Assembly (NCBI GenBank): GCA_038206135.1
Contig: JBBRBD010000004.1
Coordinates: forward strand, 13,268-77,267
DNA from: Patescibacteria group bacterium
GTDB lineage: Bacteria > Patescibacteriota > Microgenomatia > UBA8517
Reading direction: 5' to 3'
Length of the DNA: 64,000 nt
The notes under the pieces were generated by a model. The model was given only the letters and a program-made list of their open reading frames with translations, was not told where the DNA came from and did no database searches. Numbering within the stretch: position 1 is the first letter of the stretch; each line of letters begins with the position of its first letter. This document shows positions 1 to 10,843 of this stretch, piece after piece. A program made the translations under genes and the position numbers.

Positions 1-558
1 CACTGACATTTTTCCAGATAATCCTGGAGTTGGCGTTACTGTTCCGAAGCTAACAGAAAGTGCTGATGCAATCTCTGAAACTAAAGACATTGGAACATCT
101 GATGAATACTGTAGACTTGTGCTTGTAGCCGTTTGACTTGCGGCATTTCCAGTTGATAGCTTGGTATATCCGGCCTTTTCAATTAATGATTTTGCAACAG
201 CTGCATCTCCAGTCGTTCCCGTTCCATTTTGAACCTCTACGGAGACACTTGTTCTTTGTGTACTTGTTGGAGTTGCCACTGGTGTTGCAGAAGCTACAAC
301 AGTTGGAATCGGAGTTTCAGTTGGAGTTGGAAGTGCATCTATACCTGAAATAAAAGGTGACGGAGTCGGATTTGTAATTGTAGAAGTACTACTTTGATAC
401 AAGAAAAATCCTCCAGCAGCCAAAATAACGACTAGTCCAATTACTGCAAAAATCCATTTTGGGAAGGATCCAGACTGTTTAGCTGGACGTGGATCTGGAA
501 ATCCCACCGCTGGTTCTGGCTGAATAGGTTCGTGCTGTATCTGATTTTGTTCTTCCAT
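1..558 (-). CDS. LytR_C-domain (LCP-associated) membrane-anchored protein, 3' end outside window
   Basis: Minus-strand ORF from ATG at 556-558 runs off the window start. Translation MEEQNQIQHEP...KWIFAVIGLVVILAAGGFF (TM anchor), Pro/Thr linker, then VEVQNGTGTTGDAAVAKSLIEKAGYT...GNAASQTATSTSLQY, matching the LytR_C consensus (V.V.NGTG..G.A......L...G.......GNA). Confidence 0.5.
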   Translation of the reverse strand, partial: MEEQNQIQHEPIQPEPAVGFPDPRPAKQSGSFPKWIFAVIGLVVILAAGGFFLYQSSTSTITNPTPSPFISGIDALPTPTETPIPTVVASATPVATPTSTQRTSVSVEVQNGTGTTGDAAVAKSLIEKAGYTKLSTGNAASQTATSTSLQYSSDVPMSLVSEIASALSVSFGTVTPTPGLSGKMSV

Positions 559-629
559 TTTTATAAGTGTATATAACACCATATCTTAGTCTTCTTGTCA
601 ACGAGAGTCAATTCAATCAATCGAATTAA

Positions 630-1844
<1,215 letters not shown>

Positions 1845-3062
1845 TTACACAATACGTATTTTCCGTGGAGTTATACGCCACAAAACCAATGATAATACAC
1901 CACATGCAACCCCAATTGCAGAAAGTGCTTGAATCTCACCCAAACTCTGAGCTAGAAATCCAGCTAGAATCGGTCCAAGTATGCATCCTATATTTCCAAA
2001 GAAATCAACCAGTATTTCAATTTCACGTTCATAATTCGGATAACGGGTTATATAGTCAGCAAATGCTCCTTTTAAGGCTGGCCATGCGAGCGAAGATATC
2101 ATAGAGGTAATAAATACCAGTGGAAGCAAAATTACATTTTCACCAAATAATGCAAAAGTTCCTATCCCAATTGCACCAATACTAAATCCAATAAAACTAG
2201 TTCGCTTTTTCCCAAATCGTTTTGTGATTGGCCCCGCAAGCCAAAGCATAATGACTGTTGGAAGATAATAGAGCGTTAGAAACAAACCTCCTAAGGATTG
2301 TGGACCCTTTAAATGTTCAGATATAAGCGGGCCAATAGTAGAAAAAGACATATCAAAAATTGCCAGCAGTATTTCCATCATAAAAATAGGAAATAATATT
2401 CTTGATACTTTAAAAAATCTCTTGTAATCAACTTTTGTTCGAGATTCTACTACAATCTTTTTTGGTGTATCACTTACCTTTAACAGAAGCGTGTAAAACA
2501 AATAAACACAGAATAGAAAAAACAAACTTACTATAAATATACGAGGACCAACAGTTTCTTCTATTGCAATGCTTGCGATAACTGGTGCGAGGATTAATCC
2601 TAAGCCTTTAAAAATATCGAGTATCCCCCAATTTGTTGCATGTTCATTTTCTGGACTCAATCCAACAAAATTGTATAATCCATAGGATAAAAAGTTCCAA
2701 TAAAAAGCCCACAACGCCATTGCAAACAGATATAGCGCTAGTGAGTCTGCACCAAAAAGTATTGCAAAGTATGCAGCACAACCAATTATCATAAGGAGGA
2801 ACATTTTTCTAAAGTCCGTGTTCTTCAAAAATCGAGAAAGAACAATATCTGCAAGCGCACCTGCAATAGAAGAAGATCCAATAATTAAACCCAACTGTGT
2901 TTCACTAAAACCACGCTGAATAAGCAGAATTGGCAAAGCATATGAAAGAAGTGAATCAAAGATTGCAAAGAAAAAAAGCATTACTGAAAGAGCAAGAAGT
3001 GCTCTGTTTGCTTTTTCTTTGATCGAGAGTTTCATGAAACTCTCGGGCAGTAATTTTCGCAT
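1845..3062 (-). CDS. MFS-type transporter (12-TM)
   Basis: 405 aa, hydrophobic throughout with two 6-TM halves and a basic cytoplasmic loop (KRFGKKRTS). Confidence 0.65.
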   Translation of the reverse strand: MRKLLPESFMKLSIKEKANRALLALSVMLFFFAIFDSLLSYALPILLIQRGFSETQLGLIIGSSSIAGALADIVLSRFLKNTDFRKMFLLMIIGCAAYFAILFGADSLALYLFAMALWAFYWNFLSYGLYNFVGLSPENEHATNWGILDIFKGLGLILAPVIASIAIEETVGPRIFIVSLFFLFCVYLFYTLLLKVSDTPKKIVVESRTKVDYKRFFKVSRILFPIFMMEILLAIFDMSFSTIGPLISEHLKGPQSLGGLFLTLYYLPTVIMLWLAGPITKRFGKKRTSFIGFSIGAIGIGTFALFGENVILLPLVFITSMISSLAWPALKGAFADYITRYPNYEREIEILVDFFGNIGCILGPILAGFLAQSLGEIQALSAIGVACGVLSLVLWRITPRKIRIV

Positions 3063-3064
3063 AA

Positions 3065-5509
3065 CTATTTTTTATCCCAAGTAAATCCTGCGGAACCACC
3101 ATCTGCGTGAACTAAAATATGATCTCCTTCTTCAATTTCAGATGAAAGTATTCCTCTGGCCAAAACATCGCCTAATTTTAATTCAATCATCCTTCGCATC
3201 GGTCTCGCACCAAGTGCAGGATCATATCCATCCTGTACAACTTTCTCATAAACACTGTCATCAAAGTCCACTATAATTCCTTTTTGCTTCATTTCGTTGG
3301 CAACGTGAACCATGAGCTTTTTTGCCACTTCTTTCAGCTGTACGGGGGATAGTGGTTCATATACTACAACACCATCAAAACGATTTAAAAATTCTGGGGT
3401 AAACACTCGTTGTTCCAATACATAATTAAGTACATTTTTTTGAAGTGTTTCTTTATCAATATCATTTTGCACAACTTCACGAATGTATTCAGAACCAGCA
3501 TTGCTTGTCGCTATAATAAATACATGAGCTGCTGAAATACTTTTACCAAAGGCATCTGTAAGGCGACCTTCATCAAGCAGCGACAAGAACAAATTAAATA
3601 CGGCACTAGGTGCTTTTTCAATTTCGTCTAATAATAGTAAACACGCTGGGTTGTTTTTAAGAGCTGTCGTAAGAAGACCCGGGATATTTCGTCCAGCATT
3701 TCCAATTAAACGCTCGATAGCTTCACTGCCGGCAAACTCTGACATATCAAATCTGATTATTTTTTCTTCGCTGCCAAAATAAACCTCAGCAAGAGCTTTC
3801 GCCGTTTCTGTCTTTCCAACTCCTGTTGGCCCTAGAAAAAGAAATGATCCAATAGGCCGAGCATTCTGTACAACTCCTGAGGTCTTTGCTCGGAGTGCTT
3901 TCGCAATCAAACTAACTGGATATGTTTGATTAACGAGTCTTTCATGAATGCTTTCTTCGAGGTTTGACAGCTTCATCTTTTGCGCTTCGCCTAAACTTGA
4001 AAGTAAAATACCCGTTTTTTCTGAAAGTACGACATGTACTTCTTCTTTAGAAACCGGTTCTTTTGAGTTGTTTTCAGAGTGATATAAAAGTACTGAATCC
4101 AAAAGCTCTAAAGCTTTTTCAGGAAATGGAATATCCGTTAAATATTGTGCACTACTTTTTAATATTTCTTCTACAACAGGAACCGTCACAATAATTCCTT
4201 TTTGTTTTTCTGCATATCTCGCAGCAGAAAGCAAAATAGGTAAAGCTTCGTCCTTACTAATCTCAAATACCACTACTTCTTCAAAGTATTTCATTAGTCG
4301 TTCGTTCCGAGCGATATACTTTGTATAATCGTTTTTGTCTACAACACTCACCACAAATAGCCGTTTACTTTCAAGTGCTTGAGTGAGAATGTCACTAAAG
4401 TCGACACCTTCAACTTCTGAATTAGTAATTTTAAAGATATCTCTAATGACCAAAATTACGTTACCCGCGGATTGTGCTTCATCCAATATCTCTGTGAATC
4501 TTGCTTTTTTAACTGAAATGTCGCTAGATCCGGCAAAAAATTTATTGTAATCAAAGTCGAGTATTCTCTTATAAGACATTTCTTGCCCTAGAAGCCCTTC
4601 CGCAGCTCGACGGGCCAGTTCGTATAAAACGGTTTTCTTTCCAACACCAGAAGCACCAGTCAACATTACTCCGTGACCTGCTGTAAGAACTCGTACAACA
4701 CGCGAGACAGTGTTTTCACGTCCAATCAAGTGATGAGTAAAGTCACGAGCGTCTCCCATGTCAGTTACATATTTATCGAGAACTGGCGTATATCCAAAAA
4801 GTAGTGACATTCCGATTCCTGGACGTGCAAATGAGGGGTCAGGTGAGAGTATTGTTTGTGCAGCTCTTCGTTCATCCCACCATTTTGAGGTTAAAAGTAG
4901 ATTTTCTTTTGTTATCGAGTATTTCCTAAGTATTTGTTCGTTAATGTCATTATTTTCTAGAATATTTTGAATGAGTTCTGATAAAAGTTTTGGCTTGCTT
5001 TTAGTAATGGTTAACTCTTCAGGAAAGGCATCAATAATATGTTCTGATCCAAGATGTCGGATCAAAAAAATTCCTGCATAACTTTTCCATAGTTCTCTTG
5101 AAAGTAGTTTTTCTCGACCTCGTACTAAATCCGAGATAACAAATTCAGGTTGATTTTTATATACCTTATATAATGAGTAAGAAAGAAAAGGTAATAGTAG
5201 CCATAAAATAAATCCAATCGCTCCAAATATACAAAGAAAAAGTATAGCAAAGAGACCTGAAACAAGCACTAAAATTCTTACAACAGCGCCAATCATCCGG
5301 CTTACCATATTAAAACTGGTGTCTTCAAAGCTATTGAATGGGTGAAACCCTTTTCGTTTGTTTATAACAACTAATCGTTTCCATGGCGCAAACAAACTCG
5401 GAAGCAAAAGACCTAAAGACAACTGATGGTTAAGTGACAGTATCGCATTCTTGAAACGTAATATGTAAAAATTTAGCGCATATGTGTAATGCCAATTTAA
5501 GAATTCCAT
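3065..5509 (-). CDS. membrane-anchored Clp/Hsp100-family double AAA+ ATPase
   Basis: 814 aa. Two N-terminal TM helices (~res 70-125). D1 Walker A GASGVGKKT. D2 FLFLGPTGVGKTETAKALAEVYFGSEEKIIRFDMSEF, near-identical to ClpB/ClpC D2. Sensor-2 GARPMRR present. No long M-domain coiled coil. Confidence 0.75.
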   Translation of the reverse strand: MEFLNWHYTYALNFYILRFKNAILSLNHQLSLGLLLPSLFAPWKRLVVINKRKGFHPFNSFEDTSFNMVSRMIGAVVRILVLVSGLFAILFLCIFGAIGFILWLLLPFLSYSLYKVYKNQPEFVISDLVRGREKLLSRELWKSYAGIFLIRHLGSEHIIDAFPEELTITKSKPKLLSELIQNILENNDINEQILRKYSITKENLLLTSKWWDERRAAQTILSPDPSFARPGIGMSLLFGYTPVLDKYVTDMGDARDFTHHLIGRENTVSRVVRVLTAGHGVMLTGASGVGKKTVLYELARRAAEGLLGQEMSYKRILDFDYNKFFAGSSDISVKKARFTEILDEAQSAGNVILVIRDIFKITNSEVEGVDFSDILTQALESKRLFVVSVVDKNDYTKYIARNERLMKYFEEVVVFEISKDEALPILLSAARYAEKQKGIIVTVPVVEEILKSSAQYLTDIPFPEKALELLDSVLLYHSENNSKEPVSKEEVHVVLSEKTGILLSSLGEAQKMKLSNLEESIHERLVNQTYPVSLIAKALRAKTSGVVQNARPIGSFLFLGPTGVGKTETAKALAEVYFGSEEKIIRFDMSEFAGSEAIERLIGNAGRNIPGLLTTALKNNPACLLLLDEIEKAPSAVFNLFLSLLDEGRLTDAFGKSISAAHVFIIATSNAGSEYIREVVQNDIDKETLQKNVLNYVLEQRVFTPEFLNRFDGVVVYEPLSPVQLKEVAKKLMVHVANEMKQKGIIVDFDDSVYEKVVQDGYDPALGARPMRRMIELKLGDVLARGILSSEIEEGDHILVHADGGSAGFTWDKK

Positions 5510-5538
5510 AGAATTATATTAACATCCCACTCACGATA

Positions 5539-6111
5539 TTACTTAAGATGGGTAAGAAGTGTAAAGAATCCTCCCTGGTGACTGTAAAAAATCCAGACGG
5601 TATATATTAATACACCCGGCAAAACAAAAAGATGTTCTACCCAAGAGTCTGTCGTCACACGCAAAAACTTGATTGGTGGAAAACCTATTTTAATTGGTAT
5701 TGGAAAAAATAGTGGAATCCCCTCTTTTGTTATGCTGTCTGCCAAGAGATGTGAAACAAATCCAATCATTACAGAAAGTATTAAGATGTGAGCATCCACA
5801 TATTGCGCATTGAACAAACGCGGCATAACAAACTCAAGCAATCGATAAAGTAAATATCCGCCTAATAGTGAATGAGAAATATTTCTGTGTCCAAAAAATA
5901 GTCTCCGAAGGATTTTCCCAGTAAAATCACTCCCTGGAAGCAAGTCGTATAATTTATTACTTGCTTGATCCATATCTGGAATAAGTCCTCCAACGATATT
6001 TCCAACAAGAGAAGTCATAAGTGTGGGAAGAGAAATTACGGCAGGAGGATATACCGCAACAGCCGTAACTAACAAAGCAAAGGCACACAAATCATGAGTT
6101 CGAGCTGTCAT
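5539..6111 (-). CDS. membrane-bound metal-dependent hydrolase (YdjM/DUF457-like)
   Basis: 190 aa polytopic membrane protein with His/Asp-rich motifs (LIPDMDQ, HRNISHSLLGG, VSHLLADSITKEG) typical of the DUF457 family. Confidence 0.45.
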   Translation of the reverse strand: MTARTHDLCAFALLVTAVAVYPPAVISLPTLMTSLVGNIVGGLIPDMDQASNKLYDLLPGSDFTGKILRRLFFGHRNISHSLLGGYLLYRLLEFVMPRLFNAQYVDAHILILSVMIGFVSHLLADSITKEGIPLFFPIPIKIGFPPIKFLRVTTDSWVEHLFVLPGVLIYTVWIFYSHQGGFFTLLTHLK

Positions 6112-6133
6112 GAAGCTATTCTAGCAAAAAATC

Positions 6134-7675
6134 TTAATTCCCAAATACGACCCATGTTGGTGCACTTGTATATGTTGGAGTTACAGTTGCTCCTGGTGGA
6201 ACATACAGCGTGAGAGCTGTACCAGCGGCTATAGTAATAATCGAGGCATTCGTAATTGCGATCGTACAACTCCCCCCTGCGTTAGCAGATATTGTAAAAT
6301 ATCTCTCAAATGGAGCACCACTTGTTGCCACTCCTGTTGCAGGTACTGAAACATTTTGAGAACCAAACGGGTTATAAGATCTATTTTTGAATGCATATTT
6401 TGGGCTTGTTGAAAACATAGTACTTGCAGTAAAACCAGTGCCACCAAAATTATTGTCATTCCATTCAGCTCCATTTGATGAGGAGCCATGAAATCCGACA
6501 GCTGTTACCTGTCCACTGGAAGATCCTTTAGGCGTATTAAAATCATTTTGAGATATCCAAATGGGTGATGAAGTAGAAACACAATTAATTTCATAGTTGG
6601 TTCCAGCAGTTTGTCCATTTAAACTGAAAATACACCCTTTAATAAGAATACTACTCCCGCTTGTAATCGTAATTCCATGTGTCGCCATATATTGAATTTT
6701 AAAATCAGAAATATAAATATGAGTTCCGGCCGAAATCAAAAACCCAACTGAACACTGTTGCACAACGACATTTGAAATGTGAATATTTTCTGGAGTTCCA
6801 TTACTTCCACTTTCTATTGTGACTGCGGCAGTAGCCGCAGGTTGCGTTGGGTATGACCCTACATCCAAACTATCTGCAAAGACAGAGGCACACGCTCCTT
6901 TAATTCTTAGATCCGATGCGTTTGAACTGGAATTTCCATATATAGCGCTATTTACTTGATTTATTTGTACATCGTAACTGTCTTCCAGAAGAATCACATC
7001 ACCAATCGTTGTTTGTTGCATATAAATATTGGTAATCATTGCTTGAACTGCATAGCTACTTCCTGTGTGTCCCAAAGTATGAATTCCATATCCATTTCGA
7101 TTACCGCGTATATTTTGAATCAATAAACCTTGTACACCACGAGTTGCATTTCCCATTGCCTCGACGATATATCCATTTACATAGTTTGAATCAATGTTTG
7201 TAACTGTGCAGTATTGGGCACCTGTTATTTCAATCATATTGGCAGCGGGATTTGAAGACGCGGTAACACTCGCACCGCCAATAAACATTATATTGCTTAC
7301 CGTAACGTTACTATTGGTGAGATTAAAAACAGAAGTTCCACTCCATGATGAAATTAGCTTTATTCTCGTACCGATACCCACACCTGCAATTACTACATTG
7401 GAGACAGGTGTTGTAAGGGTAGAGTCAACCATGTATGTGCCCGTCGGAAAATGGACGATACCACCAGCTGCACTATTTACGGCAGATATTGCGCTATTAA
7501 TTGAAGACGTATCGTTGTTCGTACCATCTCCCAGTGCCCCGTAGTCTTTTACATTGAAGACGTTCATCGTATTCTTCAAAGTTCCATCACTGTTGTGAGA
7601 GATACTGAGGAACTCATTCAAAACTGCGCCCCAGTTTCCGTTATCCGCTCCTACTGTTGGTAATCGTGCCGTCAT
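6134..7675 (-). CDS. right-handed parallel β-helix protein, pectate-lyase superfamily (Pectate_lyase_3-like)
   Basis: 513 aa. N-terminal NVKDYGALGDGTNNDTSSINSAI is the signature of Pectate_lyase_3 / tailspike-like glycanases. Followed by Gly/Asn/Ser/Thr-rich β-helix coil repeats. Confidence 0.65.
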   Translation of the reverse strand: MTARLPTVGADNGNWGAVLNEFLSISHNSDGTLKNTMNVFNVKDYGALGDGTNNDTSSINSAISAVNSAAGGIVHFPTGTYMVDSTLTTPVSNVVIAGVGIGTRIKLISSWSGTSVFNLTNSNVTVSNIMFIGGASVTASSNPAANMIEITGAQYCTVTNIDSNYVNGYIVEAMGNATRGVQGLLIQNIRGNRNGYGIHTLGHTGSSYAVQAMITNIYMQQTTIGDVILLEDSYDVQINQVNSAIYGNSSSNASDLRIKGACASVFADSLDVGSYPTQPAATAAVTIESGSNGTPENIHISNVVVQQCSVGFLISAGTHIYISDFKIQYMATHGITITSGSSILIKGCIFSLNGQTAGTNYEINCVSTSSPIWISQNDFNTPKGSSSGQVTAVGFHGSSSNGAEWNDNNFGGTGFTASTMFSTSPKYAFKNRSYNPFGSQNVSVPATGVATSGAPFERYFTISANAGGSCTIAITNASIITIAAGTALTLYVPPGATVTPTYTSAPTWVVFGN

Positions 7676-7681
7676 GATTAT

Positions 7682-7864
7682 TTATTTACCATATGCACCA
7701 CCACCAAAACCATTTACTCTTGATGGAGGTGAAGCTTTTTTTAAATCCTTCAACTTATCAAATGTTCCAGATACTCCCGATAAAATAAAAATGATCACAC
7801 CAACACGTATTAAAAATTCTTTTCTGGACATTTGTTCATGTAGAATATCTTGAATTGGTTTCAT
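7682..7864 (-). CDS. small ORF encoding a Tat-like signal peptide (SRKEFLIRVGVIIFILSGVSG), in frame with the β-helix gene across one TAA
   Basis: 60 aa. n-region, S-R-K-x-F-L motif, h-region. Its stop (7682-7684) is in frame with the ATG of the downstream 513-aa ORF (7673-7675), separated by 2 sense codons. Confidence 0.35.
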   Translation of the reverse strand: MKPIQDILHEQMSRKEFLIRVGVIIFILSGVSGTFDKLKDLKKASPPSRVNGFGGGAYGK

Positions 7865-7900
7865 AGTTTAAAGCTACCTAATTTAACTTAACATATATAT

Positions 7901-8665
7901 TCAATAGTTGTTTCGTCGATTTTGTATATAAATTGATACGAGAGAGACCTCATAAAGCAATATAAGTGGAACCGCCATCATTGTTTGATTTATAGGGTCA
8001 GGAGTAGGGGTCAGAATTGCAGCTACGATAAAACTTCCTATCACTACCCACGATTGATAATGCATAAGTGTTTTCGTTTCGATTTTTGAGATAGCATTCC
8101 ATAATAAAAGGACTAGTGGCACTTGAAATACCATTCCAAACAAAACAATATATTGCAATATAAAGCCAATATAACTTTCAACAGAAACAAAATATTCAAC
8201 ATTTTCTGAATGAAAAGTTCCAAGAAAGTGGAGTGTTGCGGGTAATGTAACAAAATAAGCAAACAACATTCCTAAAACAAGAAGTGCTGTTGACGTAAAA
8301 ACAACCAAAATCAAACGTTTCTGTATATTTTTGGGGAGTACGGGTTTTATAAATTGAAATACTTCATAAATGAAAAAAGGTACAGACAGACATATGCCAG
8401 CCGCAATTGATATTTTGAAAGCTAAATCGATGCCTGCAGTAGGACTGGTATAAAACAACCTCTGGTCATAAATTCGAAATAAGATTGATAATATTTGGGG
8501 ATAAATGAAATACCCACCAAATGAAGTTAATAAGAAGACCGCAATAACTTTCAATAAACGACTTCGCATTTCCTGTAAATGAAATAGAAATGTTTGTTTA
8601 GTCGGCTTTGCTTTTTTTCTTGGAGTTCGTAGTTTTGCGAGTACTCTCCTCCAGTTTTTTATCAT
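7901..8665 (-). CDS. tatC: Sec-independent protein translocase TatC
   Basis: 254 aa, 6 TM. N-terminal LFHLQEMRSRLLKVIAVFLL matches the TatC HL.ELR.RL motif. Start may be internal: M1 overlaps tatA by 68 nt. Confidence 0.85.
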   Translation of the reverse strand: MIKNWRRVLAKLRTPRKKAKPTKQTFLFHLQEMRSRLLKVIAVFLLTSFGGYFIYPQILSILFRIYDQRLFYTSPTAGIDLAFKISIAAGICLSVPFFIYEVFQFIKPVLPKNIQKRLILVVFTSTALLVLGMLFAYFVTLPATLHFLGTFHSENVEYFVSVESYIGFILQYIVLFGMVFQVPLVLLLWNAISKIETKTLMHYQSWVVIGSFIVAAILTPTPDPINQTMMAVPLILLYEVSLVSIYIQNRRNNY

Positions 8666-8825
8666 CTTTCTCAGGTTCGTCGTTAAACCCTTTTCTTATT
8701 TGGCGGACAGCATCGCCTAAACTTTTCGAAAGCTCGGGCAACTTTTTTCCACCAGTAAAAACAAGGATTATAAGTAAAATTACTATGAGTTCTGGTGTTC
8801 CGATGTCAAACATATTAGATTTCAA
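8598..8825 (-). CDS. tatA: Sec-independent translocase TatA/E
   Basis: MFDIGTPELIVILLIILVFTGGKKLPELSKSLGDAVRQIRKGF is canonical TatA (TM helix, hinge FGxKKLPE, amphipathic helix). True start probably the second Met (8811-8813). Confidence 0.8.
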   Translation of the reverse strand: MKSNMFDIGTPELIVILLIILVFTGGKKLPELSKSLGDAVRQIRKGFNDEPEKDDKKLEESTRKTTNSKKKSKAD

Positions 8826-8894
8826 TTAAACACTTGAATACTTACACTTGTTTATATACGCTTTAGAATAGGCTATCACTTTAGGAAACTCAAT

Positions 8895-9836
8895 GTGGAA
8901 ATATTATTAGATCGCAGCAAAAAATTAATTTTTGTTCTTCTAATCGGAGTTTTTCTTCTGACTACTCAAAATATCAAACAAACGTTGGCGGAAAATTATG
9001 GTGGAGGAAATTACGGTGCAAATTTGTACGGGAAAGACACTCCTGAACCACCACCAGCTAATGCAAAAGCGTGTATAGACACAGCTCCAGCATCTAGTCC
9101 GACGGTCACATCTGCAGTTTCGAATAATGGTTCTGAAATTGATATCACCATTTCGAGCGCACAAGACCCTGTTACATATTATGCACTTGAATATGGAACT
9201 CAATCAGGCATATATCCCTACTCCTCAACTAACATTGGAGATAAATCAGCCCGCCGATATACTATACGTTTTCTTTACCCAAATACTACGTATTACTTGC
9301 GAATCCGAGCAGGAAACGGTTGTATGACTGGTGAGTGGTCACGCGAAATATATGTTAAGACGAAATCAGCTATTGCAACAAACAACTTAAATTTTGCAAA
9401 AACTACATTTGAATCTACCACAAAGATAATACCTGAACAGCCATCAACTGGAGAAAACCCACTGATTACAACTGAACGTGAACTATACTCTTTGACCGTT
9501 TTAGTCACAAATACCCTCGATAATCCAGTACAAGGCGCTCAAGTAACTATTGATTCAGAGCCACAGATTGGTACAACAGATGAAATGGGATTAGTTCATT
9601 TTGACAACATTGAAAAAGGCCAACATCAACTCTTTGTGTCCTTCAAAAAATACAGCGGAGAAGAAAGCATCTTTATCGACGGCTCTGCCAGAAATATCAA
9701 ACTAAATATTAAGATAAAGACTGATAACATAATGTTTTCGAATACTACGATTATTGTCGTTTCAATTTTATGTTTTATCATTCTACTTTTGCTTGTTTTT
9801 TTATTCAGGTATAGAAAAAACCACAAGCAGAATTGA
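8895..9836 (+). CDS. secreted Fn3-like / carboxypeptidase-regulatory-like domain protein with C-terminal TM anchor
   Basis: 313 aa. Signal peptide, Gly-rich segment, Fn3-like block (TYYLRIRAGNGCMTGEWS), β-sandwich (LTVLVTNTLDNPVQGAQVTID), C-terminal TM (IIVVSILCFIILLLLVFLF) and basic tail. Confidence 0.4.
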   Translation: MEILLDRSKKLIFVLLIGVFLLTTQNIKQTLAENYGGGNYGANLYGKDTPEPPPANAKACIDTAPASSPTVTSAVSNNGSEIDITISSAQDPVTYYALEYGTQSGIYPYSSTNIGDKSARRYTIRFLYPNTTYYLRIRAGNGCMTGEWSREIYVKTKSAIATNNLNFAKTTFESTTKIIPEQPSTGENPLITTERELYSLTVLVTNTLDNPVQGAQVTIDSEPQIGTTDEMGLVHFDNIEKGQHQLFVSFKKYSGEESIFIDGSARNIKLNIKIKTDNIMFSNTTIIVVSILCFIILLLLVFLFRYRKNHKQN

Positions 9837-9907
9837 TCAGAATTATCATGTAACATAGGTGACTTGTAGAATATAAGTATTCAGGGCGGAAACTGATATA
9901 ATCCGAT

Positions 9908-10843
9908 ATGAGTAAATCACTTCCATCGGAATTTGAACTGAGAGTACAAACACTATACCCTGACAGTTTTCAGGAAATTTTGAGTACATTCGAAGTACGA
10001 AAGCCATCTACATTTCGCACCAACATCATTAAGACTTCTTCTGAAATATTATTAGGACAATTACAAAAACAAGGATTTGAAGTAGAAACTACACAATTAA
10101 AGAACGCGTTTGTTCTCAAAAACAGATCACAACGTGAGCTCACAGAAACAGAAGAGTACAAACAAGGACACATGTATATTCAAGGCTTGTCAAGTATGAT
10201 TCCTCCAATTGTATTAAGTCCGATCGAAAACTCTGTAGTTTTAGATGCATGCGCTGCACCCGGAAGTAAGACTACACAATTAGCTGCATTCATGCAAAAC
10301 ACTGGTCAAATTATTGCAAATGATATGAGTAAAGTACGACTGTACAAACTCGCCGCTAACCTGAAAACTTTGGGAGTAACGAACACAACAACTACACACT
10401 TCCGTGCACAGGAATTATGGCAAAAATTTCCAAATACTTTCGATTTCGTGCTAGTAGATGTCCCTTGCTCACTTGAAGGAAGGTTCCTCACTACAAACCC
10501 AAAGTCTTTTGCACAATGGTCTGAAAAGAAAATTAAAGTATTGGCAGAGCACCAAAAACACATATTGAGAAGTGCAATTTCTGCAACTAAACCAGGGGGG
10601 ACAATTGTTTATTCCACCTGTACTATTTCCCCTGAAGAAAATGAAGGTGTCATTGACTGGATATTATCAAAAGATTCAACAGTCTCTCTTGAAATGGTTC
10701 AGCTTTCAGGTGTTCCATCTTCTAATGGGATTGTCGAATGGCGAGGAAAAAAATACAATTCAGAAGTTTCAAAATGTATTCGTATTATTCCAACAGATAT
10801 GTTTGAAGGATTCTTTTTGGCAAAGTTTAAGAAGTTTGTTTAG
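9908..10843 (+). CDS. rRNA m5C methyltransferase, RsmB/RsmF/NOP2/Sun family
   Basis: SAM-binding motif LDACAAPGSKTTQLA, catalytic DVPCSLEGRF and TCTISPEENEG are family hallmarks. Confidence 0.8.
   Translation: MSKSLPSEFELRVQTLYPDSFQEILSTFEVRKPSTFRTNIIKTSSEILLGQLQKQGFEVETTQLKNAFVLKNRSQRELTETEEYKQGHMYIQGLSSMIPPIVLSPIENSVVLDACAAPGSKTTQLAAFMQNTGQIIANDMSKVRLYKLAANLKTLGVTNTTTTHFRAQELWQKFPNTFDFVLVDVPCSLEGRFLTTNPKSFAQWSEKKIKVLAEHQKHILRSAISATKPGGTIVYSTCTISPEENEGVIDWILSKDSTVSLEMVQLSGVPSSNGIVEWRGKKYNSEVSKCIRIIPTDMFEGFFLAKFKKFV

Noticed and set aside
138-353. 71-aa plus-strand ORF at the window start
   Set aside because: Lies antisense inside the better-supported LytR_C-domain gene (1-558, minus). Leu/Phe-rich, composition typical of an antisense artefact.
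8608-8829. 73-aa plus-strand ORF over tatA
   Set aside because: Antisense of an unmistakable TatA.
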